DNA of 64,000 nt from a virus. Location: IMG/VR virus record IMGVR_UViG_3300027749_000049, positions 64,005 through 128,004 of that record; one strand, written 5' to 3'. The notes beneath the pieces are model-generated. The model saw only the letters and a program-made list of their open reading frames with translations. It did not search any database and had not been told where the DNA came from. A program made the position numbers and the translations under genes. Positions 1-10,128 of this stretch are shown here, piece after piece (positions within the stretch are counted from its first letter, which is position 1; the number at the start of each line of letters is the position of its first letter).

Positions 1-569
1 TTAAGGTTGAAGCCTTTACCCTTAATTAATTTAATAAAATTTGAAATTTCAGTAGCAATACTGGCAGCATTTTTCCAACTGGTAATTAGATTAGATAATG
101 CAGTTTTTGCAGTAGTTCCTATGTTTGCAAATTTTTGGTCAGCTGGATTAATTGCTGAAATTGTAGCAGCTGCTGCCGGAATTGCATTAACTAATGATTC
201 AATATTTGAAATATAGTTATATTTTGATGCACCAGTTGTTGTTGTTTTACCACCAGCAATAAAGCCGCCTATCCAAAAATACATACTTTTAGCAGAATTT
301 GCTTTATCTTGGGCTGCAGCACCTCCAGTTTTTACTAAACTTTTCCATAGACTAAGATCAGCACCGCCGCGTTTCCACCATTCCGTTACTGACTTGTAAT
401 TAGGTAAGGCTTTTGTTGCTTCGTCATCGTTTGCAATTAATAGTTCGTAAAGTCCATTAAGGTCTTGATTCTTGGCCATTTGCTGAATAGTTGCTTGGTC
501 AACCGCTTCATTTAGCGATAGTGATTCAAGTAGCCAATTAGTATAGCTTTTAATTATTTGATTCTTCAT
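1..569 (-). CDS. Partial late protein with capsid-targeting-like N-terminus (MKNQIIKSYTNWLLES), runs off the window
   Basis: Manual translation from ATG at 569, open to the window edge; late-promoter-like GATAAATA at 600-607 (minus). Confidence 0.75.
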   Translation of the reverse strand, partial: MKNQIIKSYTNWLLESLSLNEAVDQATIQQMAKNQDLNGLYELLIANDDEATKALPNYKSVTEWWKRGGADLSLWKSLVKTGGAAAQDKANSAKSMYFWIGGFIAGGKTTTTGASKYNYISNIESLVNAIPAAAATISAINPADQKFANIGTTAKTALSNLITSWKNAASIATEISNFIKLIKGKGFNL

Positions 570-634
570 TATATTATAGAGTAATTATTTTCTAGATATT
601 ATTTATCTTTTGTACTATTTGATACTTACTGGTT

Positions 635-961
635 TTAGTCGGCAAGATCATTAACTATAATATATTCAAGCCAGCCCATATCGTATACAGTTTCACCATT
701 ATATAGATCATCCATAAATCTAGACCATTCATCTTCAGTACGACGGTCAATGAATTTATCAATAATTTGGCCAGTTCTCTCTTTTAGTTTGCGAATTGCG
801 GCATTAATCTCAGGATCGCTACCCCATTCATCTAATACCTTTTGGTATCTTTTGTCAAACGACTCAGGCTCGACAATTCCCAATTCCCTAAGTCTTGCTA
901 GGTTAGCCTCATTGTCTGATTCCTGGATCAAGTATTGCTTAAATAGTTTGATTTGTTTCAT
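635..961 (-). CDS. Putative head-internal protein (CTS-like N-terminus, NLARLRELGI motif)
   Basis: MKQIKLFKQYLIQE start; GATAAATA at 982-989 (minus). Confidence 0.7.
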   Translation of the reverse strand: MKQIKLFKQYLIQESDNEANLARLRELGIVEPESFDKRYQKVLDEWGSDPEINAAIRKLKERTGQIIDKFIDRRTEDEWSRFMDDLYNGETVYDMGWLEYIIVNDLAD

Positions 962-1053
962 TTTTAAAGAGATATTTTGATTATTTATCTAGGGTCGACC
1001 AATTTTAAAATGGATTAGGTACTTTAACTAAGTAATAATTTTAAATCAAAAAG

Positions 1054-1362
1054 ATGAAAAAGTCAACATCAAAAACAAAGTCTACTACCAAGGTAGCAGC
1101 AAAGGCAGTATCAACTCCAGTAGTTGCAACTGTTTCTCGTAGTACTAATAGCCGTAAAGGTGCTAGCTACAAAAAATTATCAATTCCACAAAAATTGGAA
1201 ATCATCACAGGCCGTAAGCGTCGTGGAGATAACCAGGTAATTGCTGCTGAATTGAATGTGACCCCTACTTACGTAAGTGGAGTAGTAAACGGTCGTCACC
1301 AAAATACTAAAATTGTGAATCGTATGTACGATAAAGTACGCGGTCGCAAGGTAGTTGCATAA
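1054..1362 (+). CDS. Basic DNA-binding protein (Lys/Ser/Thr-rich N-terminus plus HTH)
   Basis: NQVIAAELNVTPTYVSGVVNG HTH-like segment; highly basic. Confidence 0.6.
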   Translation: MKKSTSKTKSTTKVAAKAVSTPVVATVSRSTNSRKGASYKKLSIPQKLEIITGRKRRGDNQVIAAELNVTPTYVSGVVNGRHQNTKIVNRMYDKVRGRKVVA

Positions 1363-1392
1363 GTTTAGCAACTTACAACAGTCTAAAGGGAA

Positions 1393-1671
1393 TCAGTTAA
1401 TGGTTCCCTTTTTTGTGATTTGAACAGTTAGATCACCAGTGCCTTGCAGCAGTCGGTGCCATTCACCTTTTGGAATAATGACCGGTTTGGTTAGGACAAC
1501 TGGTAAACAGTTCTCAAATTGAATGAGCCAGTCAGTTTGGCCTAGTGATTCAACTACCCGATCTTCATCATCACGGTGCCAAGTAAGTTCTTCCCGATCA
1601 AGGTCGGCACTGAATTTTCGGACTGAGATTTCACCAGTAATTTGGGTTTCTTGAAATGGAAGTTGCATCAT
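1393..1671 (-). CDS. Small cupin-like protein
   Basis: WHRDDEDR and IPKGEWHRL cupin motifs. Confidence 0.6.
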   Translation of the reverse strand: MMQLPFQETQITGEISVRKFSADLDREELTWHRDDEDRVVESLGQTDWLIQFENCLPVVLTKPVIIPKGEWHRLLQGTGDLTVQITKKGTIN

Positions 1672-1777
1672 TTATTACTTTTTACCAAGTTGGCGTTTTA
1701 CTTCAGCTCTAACGCTTTCCATCTTTTTTGCATAAGCTGGATTCTTTTTACGGTTAAACACAACTTGTTGATTAATG

Positions 1778-2365
1778 CTACCAGAAACCTGGGTAAGTTT
1801 TGCCACCCCAAAGATGGGCATAGCGATTAATACGACAAGCCCAGTAACCTGCGCTCATGCGGTCCGTTTTAAGATGGCACTGGTGGCGAGCTGCAAAGCT
1901 TTTACGCGCAGCCGGATTACTAACCTTTGCAGTAAGTCCGCCGTGAACATCGCCAAATGCAATTTTCTTGACTTTACCCGTGGCCGGGTTCTTTACGTAG
2001 ACGTGATATTTCTTGGCTCCACCGCGTTGAGGTTTACCGATTTCTACGGTTTTACCGTGGTATTCGGCTTCAAAAATTGGAAAGTCGAGTAGGATAGTTG
2101 TGCCTTCAAATTGGGCAGTTAGGCCCAGGTCGGTATCCCTAAACAGGTCCTGATCTATACTAGACAGGCTAATTTCTCCAGCTTGCCAAACCCTTCGAGC
2201 CTCAACGATTAAGCGCTGATGGGCAAGACTGCCGGGTCTAAATACTGATTCGCAAACCGAGAGGCCGGCCACTAGGTGGTATTGCAGTGCCTCGTGTAGA
2301 GGAACCTTGTGCTCTGCTTTTTCTTGGTAGGCTTCAGTTATCCAAGCCTGGAATGGTTTCAACAT
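1778..2365 (-). CDS. Conserved phage protein with CTS-like N-terminus
   Basis: Probable start MLKPFQAWITEA at 2365; C-terminal KIAFGD...SFAARHQC...AGYWAC region typical of T4-like phage hypothetical proteins. Confidence 0.65.
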   Translation of the reverse strand: MLKPFQAWITEAYQEKAEHKVPLHEALQYHLVAGLSVCESVFRPGSLAHQRLIVEARRVWQAGEISLSSIDQDLFRDTDLGLTAQFEGTTILLDFPIFEAEYHGKTVEIGKPQRGGAKKYHVYVKNPATGKVKKIAFGDVHGGLTAKVSNPAARKSFAARHQCHLKTDRMSAGYWACRINRYAHLWGGKTYPGFW

Positions 2366-2430
2366 TTTCTCTTTTTCTTTTTTCCGGCCCGCCCAAGGGG
2401 GTAACCTTGGCGGTGCAGGCACGCCCAATT

Positions 2431-2811
2431 TTATCTGCGGTTACCCAACCCATACTGCATTATTAACTGTACCCCATTTTCATTAAAGCCTAATTCGCGT
2501 AACCGTTTTGCAAACGGTGCAAATATTGTACCTAACTCTTCTGGTCGCTGGCGATGAATTTCAGAGGCGACTGCTTTTGCTCGGCGTATCAATTTTTCCG
2601 GGTCAGTAATTAATTTACTCATACTCACGGCTCGGCCCAATGGGTTTGACCCCGCAACCAGGTCCCTGGCACGGTCTAGATCCTTGATATGCGGGCGTTG
2701 ACCATCAATTCGGCGGTCGGGTTGAACCTCTGCAATACCCAATTGGATAAGCCGGGCATAGTTAAGTTCAGTATTTTCAAATAGCTTAAATGAGGTTATG
2801 TAGTTTTTCAT
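2431..2811 (-). CDS. Putative head-internal protein (CTS-like, NYARLIQLGI motif)
   Basis: MKNYITSFKLFEN start. Confidence 0.7.
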   Translation of the reverse strand: MKNYITSFKLFENTELNYARLIQLGIAEVQPDRRIDGQRPHIKDLDRARDLVAGSNPLGRAVSMSKLITDPEKLIRRAKAVASEIHRQRPEELGTIFAPFAKRLRELGFNENGVQLIMQYGLGNRR

Positions 2812-2813
2812 AG

Positions 2814-3272
2814 TTATAGTTTATTTAATGGGGGTAGAAATTCGCCAGTTGCCACAAATCTCCAGATATTGTCGGTTGCTATCCATAAGACATCCGCATC
2901 GTGTTGGTAGGCTTCATCTAGTAACCATTCATCAACGATTTCAGTATCACCTTCACGACCATAAGCCTCCATGAAGCCTGGAATACTTTGTGGAAAATCT
3001 ACCCAAGAGTCTTCTTCAGCTTTGGATTGAGCCAGATCCGCCGGCCAATTTTCATAACGCTGCCAAATAACAAAAGGTTCTGGATTACCGTATAGTGGAT
3101 TTTTAAGCCCAATATTTTCCCAACGTAAGCTTGCTTTAATAACCCTGAGCCCTTTCTCTGCGATACCCAATTGGTTAAGCCTAGCTAGATTTACCAGGTG
3201 CTGAGCCTCTGGTGAAAGACTTAAAGCCTCGGTTAGTGCAAACTTATGAAATTGATCAATATACTGTTTCAT
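2814..3272 (-). CDS. Putative head-internal protein (CTS-like, NLARLNQLGI motif)
   Basis: Start MKQYIDQFHKFALTEA 5 nt after a perfect TATAAATA. Confidence 0.7.
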   Translation of the reverse strand: MKQYIDQFHKFALTEALSLSPEAQHLVNLARLNQLGIAEKGLRVIKASLRWENIGLKNPLYGNPEPFVIWQRYENWPADLAQSKAEEDSWVDFPQSIPGFMEAYGREGDTEIVDEWLLDEAYQHDADVLWIATDNIWRFVATGEFLPPLNKL

Positions 3273-3277
3273 GGTAT

Positions 3278-3285
3278 TATTTATA
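3278..3285 (-). promoter_or_regulatory. T4-type late promoter TATAAATA
   Basis: Exact T4 late consensus; NATAAATA recurs upstream of many late genes (e.g. 17381, 19884, 20310, 22100, 28536, 29887, 31993, 37806, 41168, 41447, 44919, 63694). Confidence 0.7.
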
Positions 3286-3299
3286 GGAGCCCGCTCCAC

Positions 3300-3900
3300 G
3301 ATTTATTTAATCTATTAGCCTGTATAAGCAGACCCCAACCCGGGGGAGAATTTGCTCCAGGTAGCGGGTGACCTCCCAAATGAGCCCAGCAAACCGGCCC
3401 GGGCCCGGGGAGAATTTCAGAATAGCTCTTGGGCACATTGGTATTGTCGGTGAATCCTGGTCCGTGGAGAAACCGGAAAAAAGTAAAGTGCTGCGGCCGG
3501 CCTCCAGGAGTACTTTTTTTATGTCAGCAAGGTCACTCCTGGGGCACCTCCCGGAGTCACCCCGGGCTGCTATATTGTGAGCCTGGGGCAGCTCCGGTAG
3601 TGACCTCCAGGGCAGCCTCCAGGGCATCTCCTGGGCCGGGAGTAGTTCACTTTTTGCTGCTCCCGGGACAGCTAGCCCGGTGGCAGGCCAGGAGCCGGCT
3701 GGCCAGTTGCTAGCTCGGTACCGAGCATGGAGCCTGCTCCTAGCTAGCCAAACTCCGGCCGGGCTTAGGCCTGTCCAGACCTGGCCTGCGCTAGAGACCA
3801 GCCGAGCTTAGCCTAACCTGGGCCGGAATCGGTTGTACTGTACCCCGCCGAAATCGGTTAGACCCCGCCGAAAGTTAGTTAAGCTTAACCTAACCTGCTC
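3300..3900. other. GC-rich, probably non-coding block at the strand switch
   Basis: Abrupt GC rise; short repeats (CCTCCAGG variants, ACCCCGCCGAAA twice at 3842 and 3862); only low-quality overlapping ORFs. Confidence 0.6.
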
Positions 3901-4005
3901 TAGAGAAAAAAGCATTTAACTCCTTTAGCCTATGCATTTTTTTGGATCTAAACTTTGTGGTTGGATAGAGTATAAGATTTCTGTAAAATATAATTTAGGA
4001 AGAAG

Positions 4006-4317
4006 ATGTTATTACAAACCTTGGTTGCAGAATTTCTAAGAATTCTCGAGAAGTCTGGCCGGGACTGGCACCAAATAGCATGGGCAATTCGCGGTTTGGA
4101 ATCTGAAGTCCGGGATTCAAGTCTCACGGCGGCGGATTGGTATCCGGAATTAGAAGAGTATTTAGGGAGCAGAGTTGTTGAAGCCTTGATCCTCGCAAGA
4201 GCCGAGGCAATAGACCGAGAAGAGTTTGAATGGGCGCATGAAATAACCCGCAGACTGGCAGAGTTAGGTTGGGAAAAATTTGAGGAAGAAGAATGTTACA
4301 GAGACCAAAGGATATAA
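4006..4317 (+). CDS. Hypothetical protein with UvrB/C (UVR)-like motif
   Basis: EAIDREEFEWAHEI. Confidence 0.55.
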   Translation: MLLQTLVAEFLRILEKSGRDWHQIAWAIRGLESEVRDSSLTAADWYPELEEYLGSRVVEALILARAEAIDREEFEWAHEITRRLAELGWEKFEEEECYRDQRI

Positions 4318-4481
4318 TCGACCAGACTCTTGAGACCGCGCTAAAAAAACCAGGTCTAATTGACTGGAACTGGATCTTAGCAGATCTATTGGAGAAAAAG
4401 GTTGGGGTAGAAAAAAAGATTCTTTACCGCAGGGTTAAAGCCCTCCTAAAGTCTAGAAGAGAAGAACCTTGGTTATGGTAA
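4293..4481 (+). CDS. Hypothetical protein
   Basis: ORF coupled to the upstream gene. Confidence 0.45.
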   Translation: MLQRPKDIIDQTLETALKKPGLIDWNWILADLLEKKVGVEKKILYRRVKALLKSRREEPWLW

Positions 4482-4517
4482 GATATACTTATACAGAAAT
4501 ATAAAATATAATACAAT

Positions 4518-4739
4518 ATGAAAAATAGAAAAGAACAGATTGTTCAGTTACTTGGAGCGCTCGCGATTGGATTTGCAGCCTCGGTAATAATGGCTTTTCC
4601 AGTTAAATGGCTCTGGAACTGGTTGATTCCAGAAATTTTTACAGGTGTTGCGCAGATTTCTGCACTGCAGGCTTGGGGTCTAGTATTCCTAATCCAATTG
4701 TTGGTACCTAAATCCGGAAAAGACTTAACTAAGAAATAA
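4518..4739 (+). CDS. Small membrane protein
   Basis: Two hydrophobic segments, WLWNWLIPEIF. Confidence 0.7.
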   Translation: MKNRKEQIVQLLGALAIGFAASVIMAFPVKWLWNWLIPEIFTGVAQISALQAWGLVFLIQLLVPKSGKDLTKK

Positions 4740-4744
4740 TTGGT

Positions 4745-4975
4745 ATGGGAAAAGGCGGACGCAAAGGCGGAACAGAAGACAGGGTACAAGAAAAGATTGA
4801 CCGGACCCGAGGTCAAGACCGGGATTCAGATCCAGGATTTTGGCCCTATCTAAAAATGGTAGAAGACTGGGCTGGAAGACATAATTTTTCCTACACCGAA
4901 GCCGAGGTCAAGCAGGCCTGGACAAGCGGCCAATGGGTAGAAGATTTTATTCTAGTTAAATGTAAACGTAGATAA
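4745..4975 (+). CDS. Hypothetical protein
   Basis: ORF followed by a terminator hairpin. Confidence 0.5.
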   Translation: MGKGGRKGGTEDRVQEKIDRTRGQDRDSDPGFWPYLKMVEDWAGRHNFSYTEAEVKQAWTSGQWVEDFILVKCKRR

Positions 4976-4996
4976 CTCTTAACCAAATCTTTTCTG

Positions 4997-5034
4997 AAAA
5001 GGTCCCTAACTATTTTTTAGTTGGGGACCTTTTT
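4997..5034 (+). terminator. Intrinsic terminator
   Basis: AAAAGGTCCCTAACTA...TAGTTGGGGACCTTTT hairpin with T tract. Confidence 0.7.
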
Positions 5035-5151
5035 TCTTTAACGAGTTCCGCAAATTGTTAATAACTTTTTTCTAAAATAATTCACTAAAAATTTTTTAGT
5101 CTCAAATAGATTTGTTATATTTACTCTATCAACCAATCTAAAAAATCAACT

Positions 5152-5670
5152 ATGAGAAACCAATCAACTCCCCGTCCGAACCTCAACCCACTCGCTCTTC
5201 CAAAACTTGCCTTAGCGGGCAGAGCGGTGCTTACCTTTCGCAATCTTGCAGAAGGCAGCCACATGACAGTTAAAATCAAGCAGTTGCGCGACAAGCAAGA
5301 TCGCAAGAAAATGCTGCCAATTTTCTACGTGTACATTTCTTTACTTAACGACGGTCGTACCGGCATGGATTTTGCAGGTACCCTGTTCGCGGAGGATATG
5401 GGAACCAAACTTGGTCGCGGAGTTCAGCCGGACTCTCGCCTAGCCCGTGCTCTGGGCTGGATCGTAGCCGCAATCAAAAATCCTGAAATCTTACGCGGTC
5501 GAGTTGGACTCTTCCATGAAGGTAGATGTTGCAAATGCGGACTACCGCTTACCCATCCGGAATCTATCCACACCGCTCTTGGCCCAGTATGCTTGGAGAG
5601 AATGGTAGCCGCCGCACAAAGAGAAGAATTCAACATTGCCGAAATCTTTACACCGATCGAGTCTATTTAG
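5152..5670 (+). CDS. DUF6011-like Zn-finger protein
   Basis: GRCCKCGLPLTHPESIHTALGPVC. Confidence 0.7.
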   Translation: MRNQSTPRPNLNPLALPKLALAGRAVLTFRNLAEGSHMTVKIKQLRDKQDRKKMLPIFYVYISLLNDGRTGMDFAGTLFAEDMGTKLGRGVQPDSRLARALGWIVAAIKNPEILRGRVGLFHEGRCCKCGLPLTHPESIHTALGPVCLERMVAAAQREEFNIAEIFTPIESI

Positions 5671-5773
5671 ACTCGGCCGGCTCGGTCTCCCTAGTCCCAG
5701 TTGTTAATAACTTTATTTTTCCGTGTCAAAAATTATACTTATATTTGTATTAACCAATCTAAACCAACCAAAC

Positions 5774-5986
5774 ATGACAGAAGAACAATCGCTAATTTTC
5801 AGCCAGGTGTTAGACACCAATTGGCAAGTTAAAGAACTAATGGACGCCAACAAATGGCTCGAGTCTTTTGAGAAAGTAAAAGAGTTAAATGCCTTAAAGC
5901 AGAAACTTAAAGAGTCAATGGGCGCGGCCGCGTACGATAAATTTATTACTACTGGCCAGAAAATGTTTGCCTCAAGTCAAGATTAA
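5774..5986 (+). CDS. Early hypothetical protein
   Basis: ATG after promoter cassette and A/C-rich leader. Confidence 0.7.
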   Translation: MTEEQSLIFSQVLDTNWQVKELMDANKWLESFEKVKELNALKQKLKESMGAAAYDKFITTGQKMFASSQD

Positions 5987-6009
5987 TTAACCCTTAACCA
6001 AACTTAACC

Positions 6010-6195
6010 ATGAAGAAGAAAATCAAATCATTTATCGAACGATTAGCCGGTCTTGACCAGACAGCCGGAACCCCAGTAAACTTGGAATTTGGCGGCGGTC
6101 CACGACTACAGAGCACAGTGTTACCGGATGAGACCCTAGGCTTCAACGAGTTTTGGGAAAGGGTATATAAGCTCAACGGTCAAAAGACTCCCTAG
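6010..6195 (+). CDS. Early hypothetical protein
   Basis: ORF with A/C-rich leader. Confidence 0.6.
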   Translation: MKKKIKSFIERLAGLDQTAGTPVNLEFGGGPRLQSTVLPDETLGFNEFWERVYKLNGQKTP

Positions 6196-6247
6196 TCCCA
6201 GTGTTATACCTAATTAATTATTAATCAACCCATAAAACAAATCAACT

Positions 6248-6556
6248 ATGCAAGAATACAAATTAGAACTTGGAGAAGACGAATATCAAGTAACACTTGA
6301 GTTTGGTAAATACCATGGAAACGGAAGAACTGCAATTACTGTTGTAGATGCAACGTTCGGTGAAGACCTTCTAGTAGCTACGGTAAATATACCGGAAGCA
6401 AGTTTGGAAGAAGGAGAAACTGTAATAAAAGATTATTCAGAGAACGAAGGAATCCTAAAGTTCTTAGTCGAGAATAAGATCGTTAGTAAACCAGTCAGAA
6501 CCGTAAGCACAGGTTTTGTACAATGTCAGGTGGTTAAATTATTAATTAATCCTTAA
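6248..6556 (+). CDS. DUF4313-like phage protein
   Basis: ATVNIPE...IKDYSENEGILKFLVENKIV...STGFV pattern. Confidence 0.6.
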   Translation: MQEYKLELGEDEYQVTLEFGKYHGNGRTAITVVDATFGEDLLVATVNIPEASLEEGETVIKDYSENEGILKFLVENKIVSKPVRTVSTGFVQCQVVKLLINP

Positions 6557-6560
6557 GCCT

Positions 6561-6932
6561 ATGAAGAGTATCAAAGTTCGATTTAATTTAGGAGCCGGTA
6601 AAAACTTTATGAAATGGAAGATTGAAAGACCGGACGGTAATGTATCATACCACTCGCCAAAGGAGGTTCAACTCGTAATGGCAGGTTGCGTGTTAAAAAA
6701 TCAAAGGTCCACTGCACTTAAAATATTTCAAGGAGCAAATAAAACTGTCTGCTCTTGGATACTATGTGAGAGCATAGAAATTAGGGTACCAACGATTTCA
6801 AAGATAAACGAACTAGATCGGGTTTCTTATAATCCAAGAGTAACACCCAATTGGATCTTTCAAGGTTCGGTTGCGGATGGAACCCGATTTAATAATTTGG
6901 TAAGCTTAGATAATAAAGTTTATAATTGTTAA
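6561..6932 (+). CDS. Hypothetical phage protein
   Basis: Full ORF in operon. Confidence 0.7.
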   Translation: MKSIKVRFNLGAGKNFMKWKIERPDGNVSYHSPKEVQLVMAGCVLKNQRSTALKIFQGANKTVCSWILCESIEIRVPTISKINELDRVSYNPRVTPNWIFQGSVADGTRFNNLVSLDNKVYNC

Positions 6933-7002
6933 TAACTTTATTTTCAGGTCTCAAACCCTTTTGTTATATTTACAATCTAAACCCCTAAAAACCAAACCAA
7001 TC

Positions 7003-7248
7003 ATGGCAAAAAAAGAATTCACAGTAAAACAAGGGCTAGCAGTCCAAGCCGATAACATGGCGTTCTGGAAAAAACTCTTAAAGAAGAAACACTATGCAAC
7101 ATTAGAAGAAGTTGTTGCTACACGAAATAGAGAGATCAAAGCTCGAGACGGTTATGAGGTCTATCGCGGTTCAGATATAAGTTGCGCAGTGCAGAACTTG
7201 TTCTATATTTCTGGAGAGTGTGACTCATTAATTCCAGTGGAAGACTAA
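7003..7248 (+). CDS. Early hypothetical protein
   Basis: ATG after promoter cassette. Confidence 0.7.
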   Translation: MAKKEFTVKQGLAVQADNMAFWKKLLKKKHYATLEEVVATRNREIKARDGYEVYRGSDISCAVQNLFYISGECDSLIPVED

Positions 7249-7483
7249 GGTACAAGTAATCCTACATTATAAAAAGCGCGGCCAGTCAGCTGCGCTTTTT
7301 TGGTATAGTATAATTATTATTAAAGACCAAAGAGATGAGACACGATAACCAGGGCAAGAGACCCGATCAACTAGACCTCTCTGCTAAATTAGCAAGTATA
7401 GCAGTAATAGGAATCTTAATTAGTGTAATTATTATTAAGATATTTGGGTAAGATAATATTATAACCAACTAGATATAAAGGAT

Positions 7484-7759
7484 ATGGAAGCACGGGATTT
7501 AGAAAAGAAAAAGATTATTACAGACTTAACTGACTTGGCTCAAAGTCTAGTAATTGGCGGAATCCGTAAAGACCAGCCGGATATTTTAATGTTAGGCAAG
7601 ACCTTGCTTGCAGCAATTGGAGCAGTAGAAACACCGGGCGGTGCAGACATTCTAGAAGGTGTACTTAGAGAAACAAGCAACCGGATAAGAGTAGAACAAG
7701 AGCCGGATAAGGTGCTAAAAGATTTACTTAGTGGGCTAGGAATCTCAACTAATGGGTAA
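7484..7759 (+). CDS. Hypothetical protein
   Basis: ORF track. Confidence 0.6.
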   Translation: MEARDLEKKKIITDLTDLAQSLVIGGIRKDQPDILMLGKTLLAAIGAVETPGGADILEGVLRETSNRIRVEQEPDKVLKDLLSGLGISTNG

Positions 7760-7869
7760 TATAACTTTAAATAAGAAACTAAATTTGATTGGTTTGGTTG
7801 ATCCAGGACTGGGAACCCTAACAGGTTCCCTTTCCAGGTATTAGGAGCCAAAGTTAAATACAAGATAAT

Positions 7870-8820
7870 ATGAAAAACATAAATTCAAAAGACGTCGTAA
7901 GAACCTTAGCCGAAAACAAAGAGAGTTACGATAAGTACGTAAACGAGATTGGAAAAAACAGACCCTTAAGCCGGGAAGAAGAGCTTGAAACCTTTGCACG
8001 AATCGCGGCTGGCGACGAGACCGCGGTAACCAAGATTATAAAACATAACCTGCTGTTTGTTGTAACGGTTGCAAAGAAATACCAGAACGTTGTGCAACAA
8101 GGTAGCTTGACTCTAGAAGACTTGATAAGCGAGGGTAATGTTGGGCTAGCCAAAGCGGTCCGCCGTTTTGACCCTGCAACCGGTAACAAATTTATATCAT
8201 ATGCAGTATGGTGGATCAAGCAGACAATAATAGAAGCAATCAACGATCACGTTAAGGTAATCCGAATTCCTTCTAATGCAAGATACACTATGAATACTCT
8301 TAATGAGATAGAACGAGAGCTTGAAGCAAAGCACGGCAGACCGGTTACGGTTGACGAATTATTGGAAGCAGCGGAGGTCCATCCAAAGATGGAAAATAAA
8401 ATGAAGCTCTCTACTCGAGTTATTGCAGACCTTAAAGGAGTAACTGGCTTTGAGAAAAGAATAGACGATCCAATTGGTCAGGATTCCGAAGAGAGCTTTG
8501 GAGACCGATTGGAATCTGCAGATAAAACAGATTCCGGACTATACAAGGAAGAAAGGTCTAGAGTAATAGAGGCAATGTTGGCTGGCCTAACGTCCGAAAC
8601 ACGGGAATGGATTAACTTGGTGTATGGGCTCAACGGCTCGGAACCTCAAAGTTATAAAAGCGTTGCTGACCGATTTGAGTGTAGTCCGGAAACTATTAGA
8701 CAGCGAGTTAACATGGCTCTCACTAGAATCCGCCGAACCCATAAAGATAAACTAAATTACTTTGACCCAAATTATACTGGAAGAGATTCACAGTATAAAA
8801 GAATTAGACCGACCTGGTAA
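7870..8820 (+). CDS. RNA polymerase sigma70 factor (RpoD/SigA-like)
   Basis: Region 1.2 PLSREEE; region 2 HNLLFVVTVAKKY...DLISEGNVGLAKAVRRFD...KFISYAVWWIKQ; region 4 HTH PETIRQRVNMAL. Confidence 0.9.
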   Translation: MKNINSKDVVRTLAENKESYDKYVNEIGKNRPLSREEELETFARIAAGDETAVTKIIKHNLLFVVTVAKKYQNVVQQGSLTLEDLISEGNVGLAKAVRRFDPATGNKFISYAVWWIKQTIIEAINDHVKVIRIPSNARYTMNTLNEIERELEAKHGRPVTVDELLEAAEVHPKMENKMKLSTRVIADLKGVTGFEKRIDDPIGQDSEESFGDRLESADKTDSGLYKEERSRVIEAMLAGLTSETREWINLVYGLNGSEPQSYKSVADRFECSPETIRQRVNMALTRIRRTHKDKLNYFDPNYTGRDSQYKRIRPTW

Positions 8821-8916
8821 TTGTTAATAACTTTTGAAAAAAGATTCCCTAAACATTTTTTTGTTTGGGGATTTTTTGTTATATTTGTACTCTAAACCAA
8901 TCTAAAAAAATCAATT

Positions 8917-9150
8917 ATGAAACAGGAAGTTAAGATTAAAAAAGTTTACGCGGCCGGCATTATAAATCCAAAAGACCAATGGTCTTGGCAAGGTACGGTG
9001 GTTGCCCATTCAATAGCGGAAGCTAAAAGATTATTAACCTCATATAAAAAAGAGGATGGTATGCAGGGTCGTTGCGAGGTAATCGATATGGATGGACCTC
9101 ATTATACAAATCGCCCAATCGGCGTAAGCGATTCTACTCAATTATTTTAA
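8917..9150 (+). CDS. Early hypothetical protein
   Basis: Follows promoter cassette. Confidence 0.7.
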   Translation: MKQEVKIKKVYAAGIINPKDQWSWQGTVVAHSIAEAKRLLTSYKKEDGMQGRCEVIDMDGPHYTNRPIGVSDSTQLF

Positions 9151-9400
9151 ATCAATCTAAACCCCAAATCTCATGATAAAGAAAATTATAATCGCAGCAA
9201 TCGTAATACTGTTGATACTTAAGTTTAGACTCGTTGGAGAAATTATTATTTCAGTCCTAAATTTATTGGAGTCAATTGTACGGACCCTAATCTCAATTTA
9301 ATTGTTAATAACTATTTTTAAAATAAATGAAAATAAATTTTTTAGTGTCAAACCTATTTGTTATATTTGTATTCTAAACCAATCTAAAAAAACTAAAATC

Positions 9401-9574
9401 ATGTCAGACAGAAAAATCGCCTTTACAATATTAGAAGAACTTCGCGCAGCGGGTTTTTCAGACACCCAAATCCTAGAAGATATTTTAGGTAATCAATTAT
9501 CCGGATCTGAAGCAGCAGAGGCAATCACTGCAACAGCTGAAGCATTTAACGAGTACATGGATTTTAATTCTTAA
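9401..9574 (+). CDS. Early hypothetical protein
   Basis: Follows promoter cassette. Confidence 0.65.
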   Translation: MSDRKIAFTILEELRAAGFSDTQILEDILGNQLSGSEAAEAITATAEAFNEYMDFNS

Positions 9575-9608
9575 TCAATTTAACCAACCCCTAAAAACCT
9601 TATCAATT

Positions 9609-10004
9609 ATGGAAATCAAATTAACCACAACCGAATCAGAAGAAATATTTCATAACGCTCTTTGCAACGGGCTAGGCTACGTGCAAGGATATGGAATCGA
9701 ATTGGATTTCTTTAAGCAAGACTATGAACGAGCTTCTAGTGCCTTAAAGCAGGAAAATCCTGGAACCCAAATCTGTTACGAAGATGTTTTACTTAGACTC
9801 TTGAAAGACGGTAAAGAACTTACAATGGTCGATCACGAATGCGAAGGAGAATATACTCGTTCTATTTCTATCAAGGATGTCCACGAGCGAGTTTCTAAAA
9901 CTCCAATCAGACACTTGATGAATATGATAAATGAAGAAGACGATGCTGAAACTGCTGATGTAGTTTTACAGACAGTATTCTTTGAAGACGTAATATTCGG
10001 CTAG
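9609..10004 (+). CDS. Hypothetical phage protein
   Basis: C-terminal DAETADVVLQTVFFEDVIFG, a motif seen in phage early proteins. Confidence 0.75.
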   Translation: MEIKLTTTESEEIFHNALCNGLGYVQGYGIELDFFKQDYERASSALKQENPGTQICYEDVLLRLLKDGKELTMVDHECEGEYTRSISIKDVHERVSKTPIRHLMNMINEEDDAETADVVLQTVFFEDVIFG

Positions 10005-10128
10005 CCGGAACCGGCTTTGGCCGGTTCTCCCTAGTCCCAAATTGTTAATAACTTTATTTTTTAGTGTCAACTTAATTACTTATATTTGCTTTATCAATTA
10101 TTAATCAACCCTTAAAAACAAATCAATC

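Noticed and set aside
7-216. 69 aa plus-strand ORF and similar short shadow ORFs (e.g. 7926..8243, 34155..34535)
   Set aside because: Antisense to longer, better supported genes
3307-3713. ORFs in the GC-rich block (3307..3627 minus, 3368..3580, 3429..3713)
   Set aside because: Mutually overlapping, non-ATG starts, atypical composition; probably artefacts of low stop-codon density
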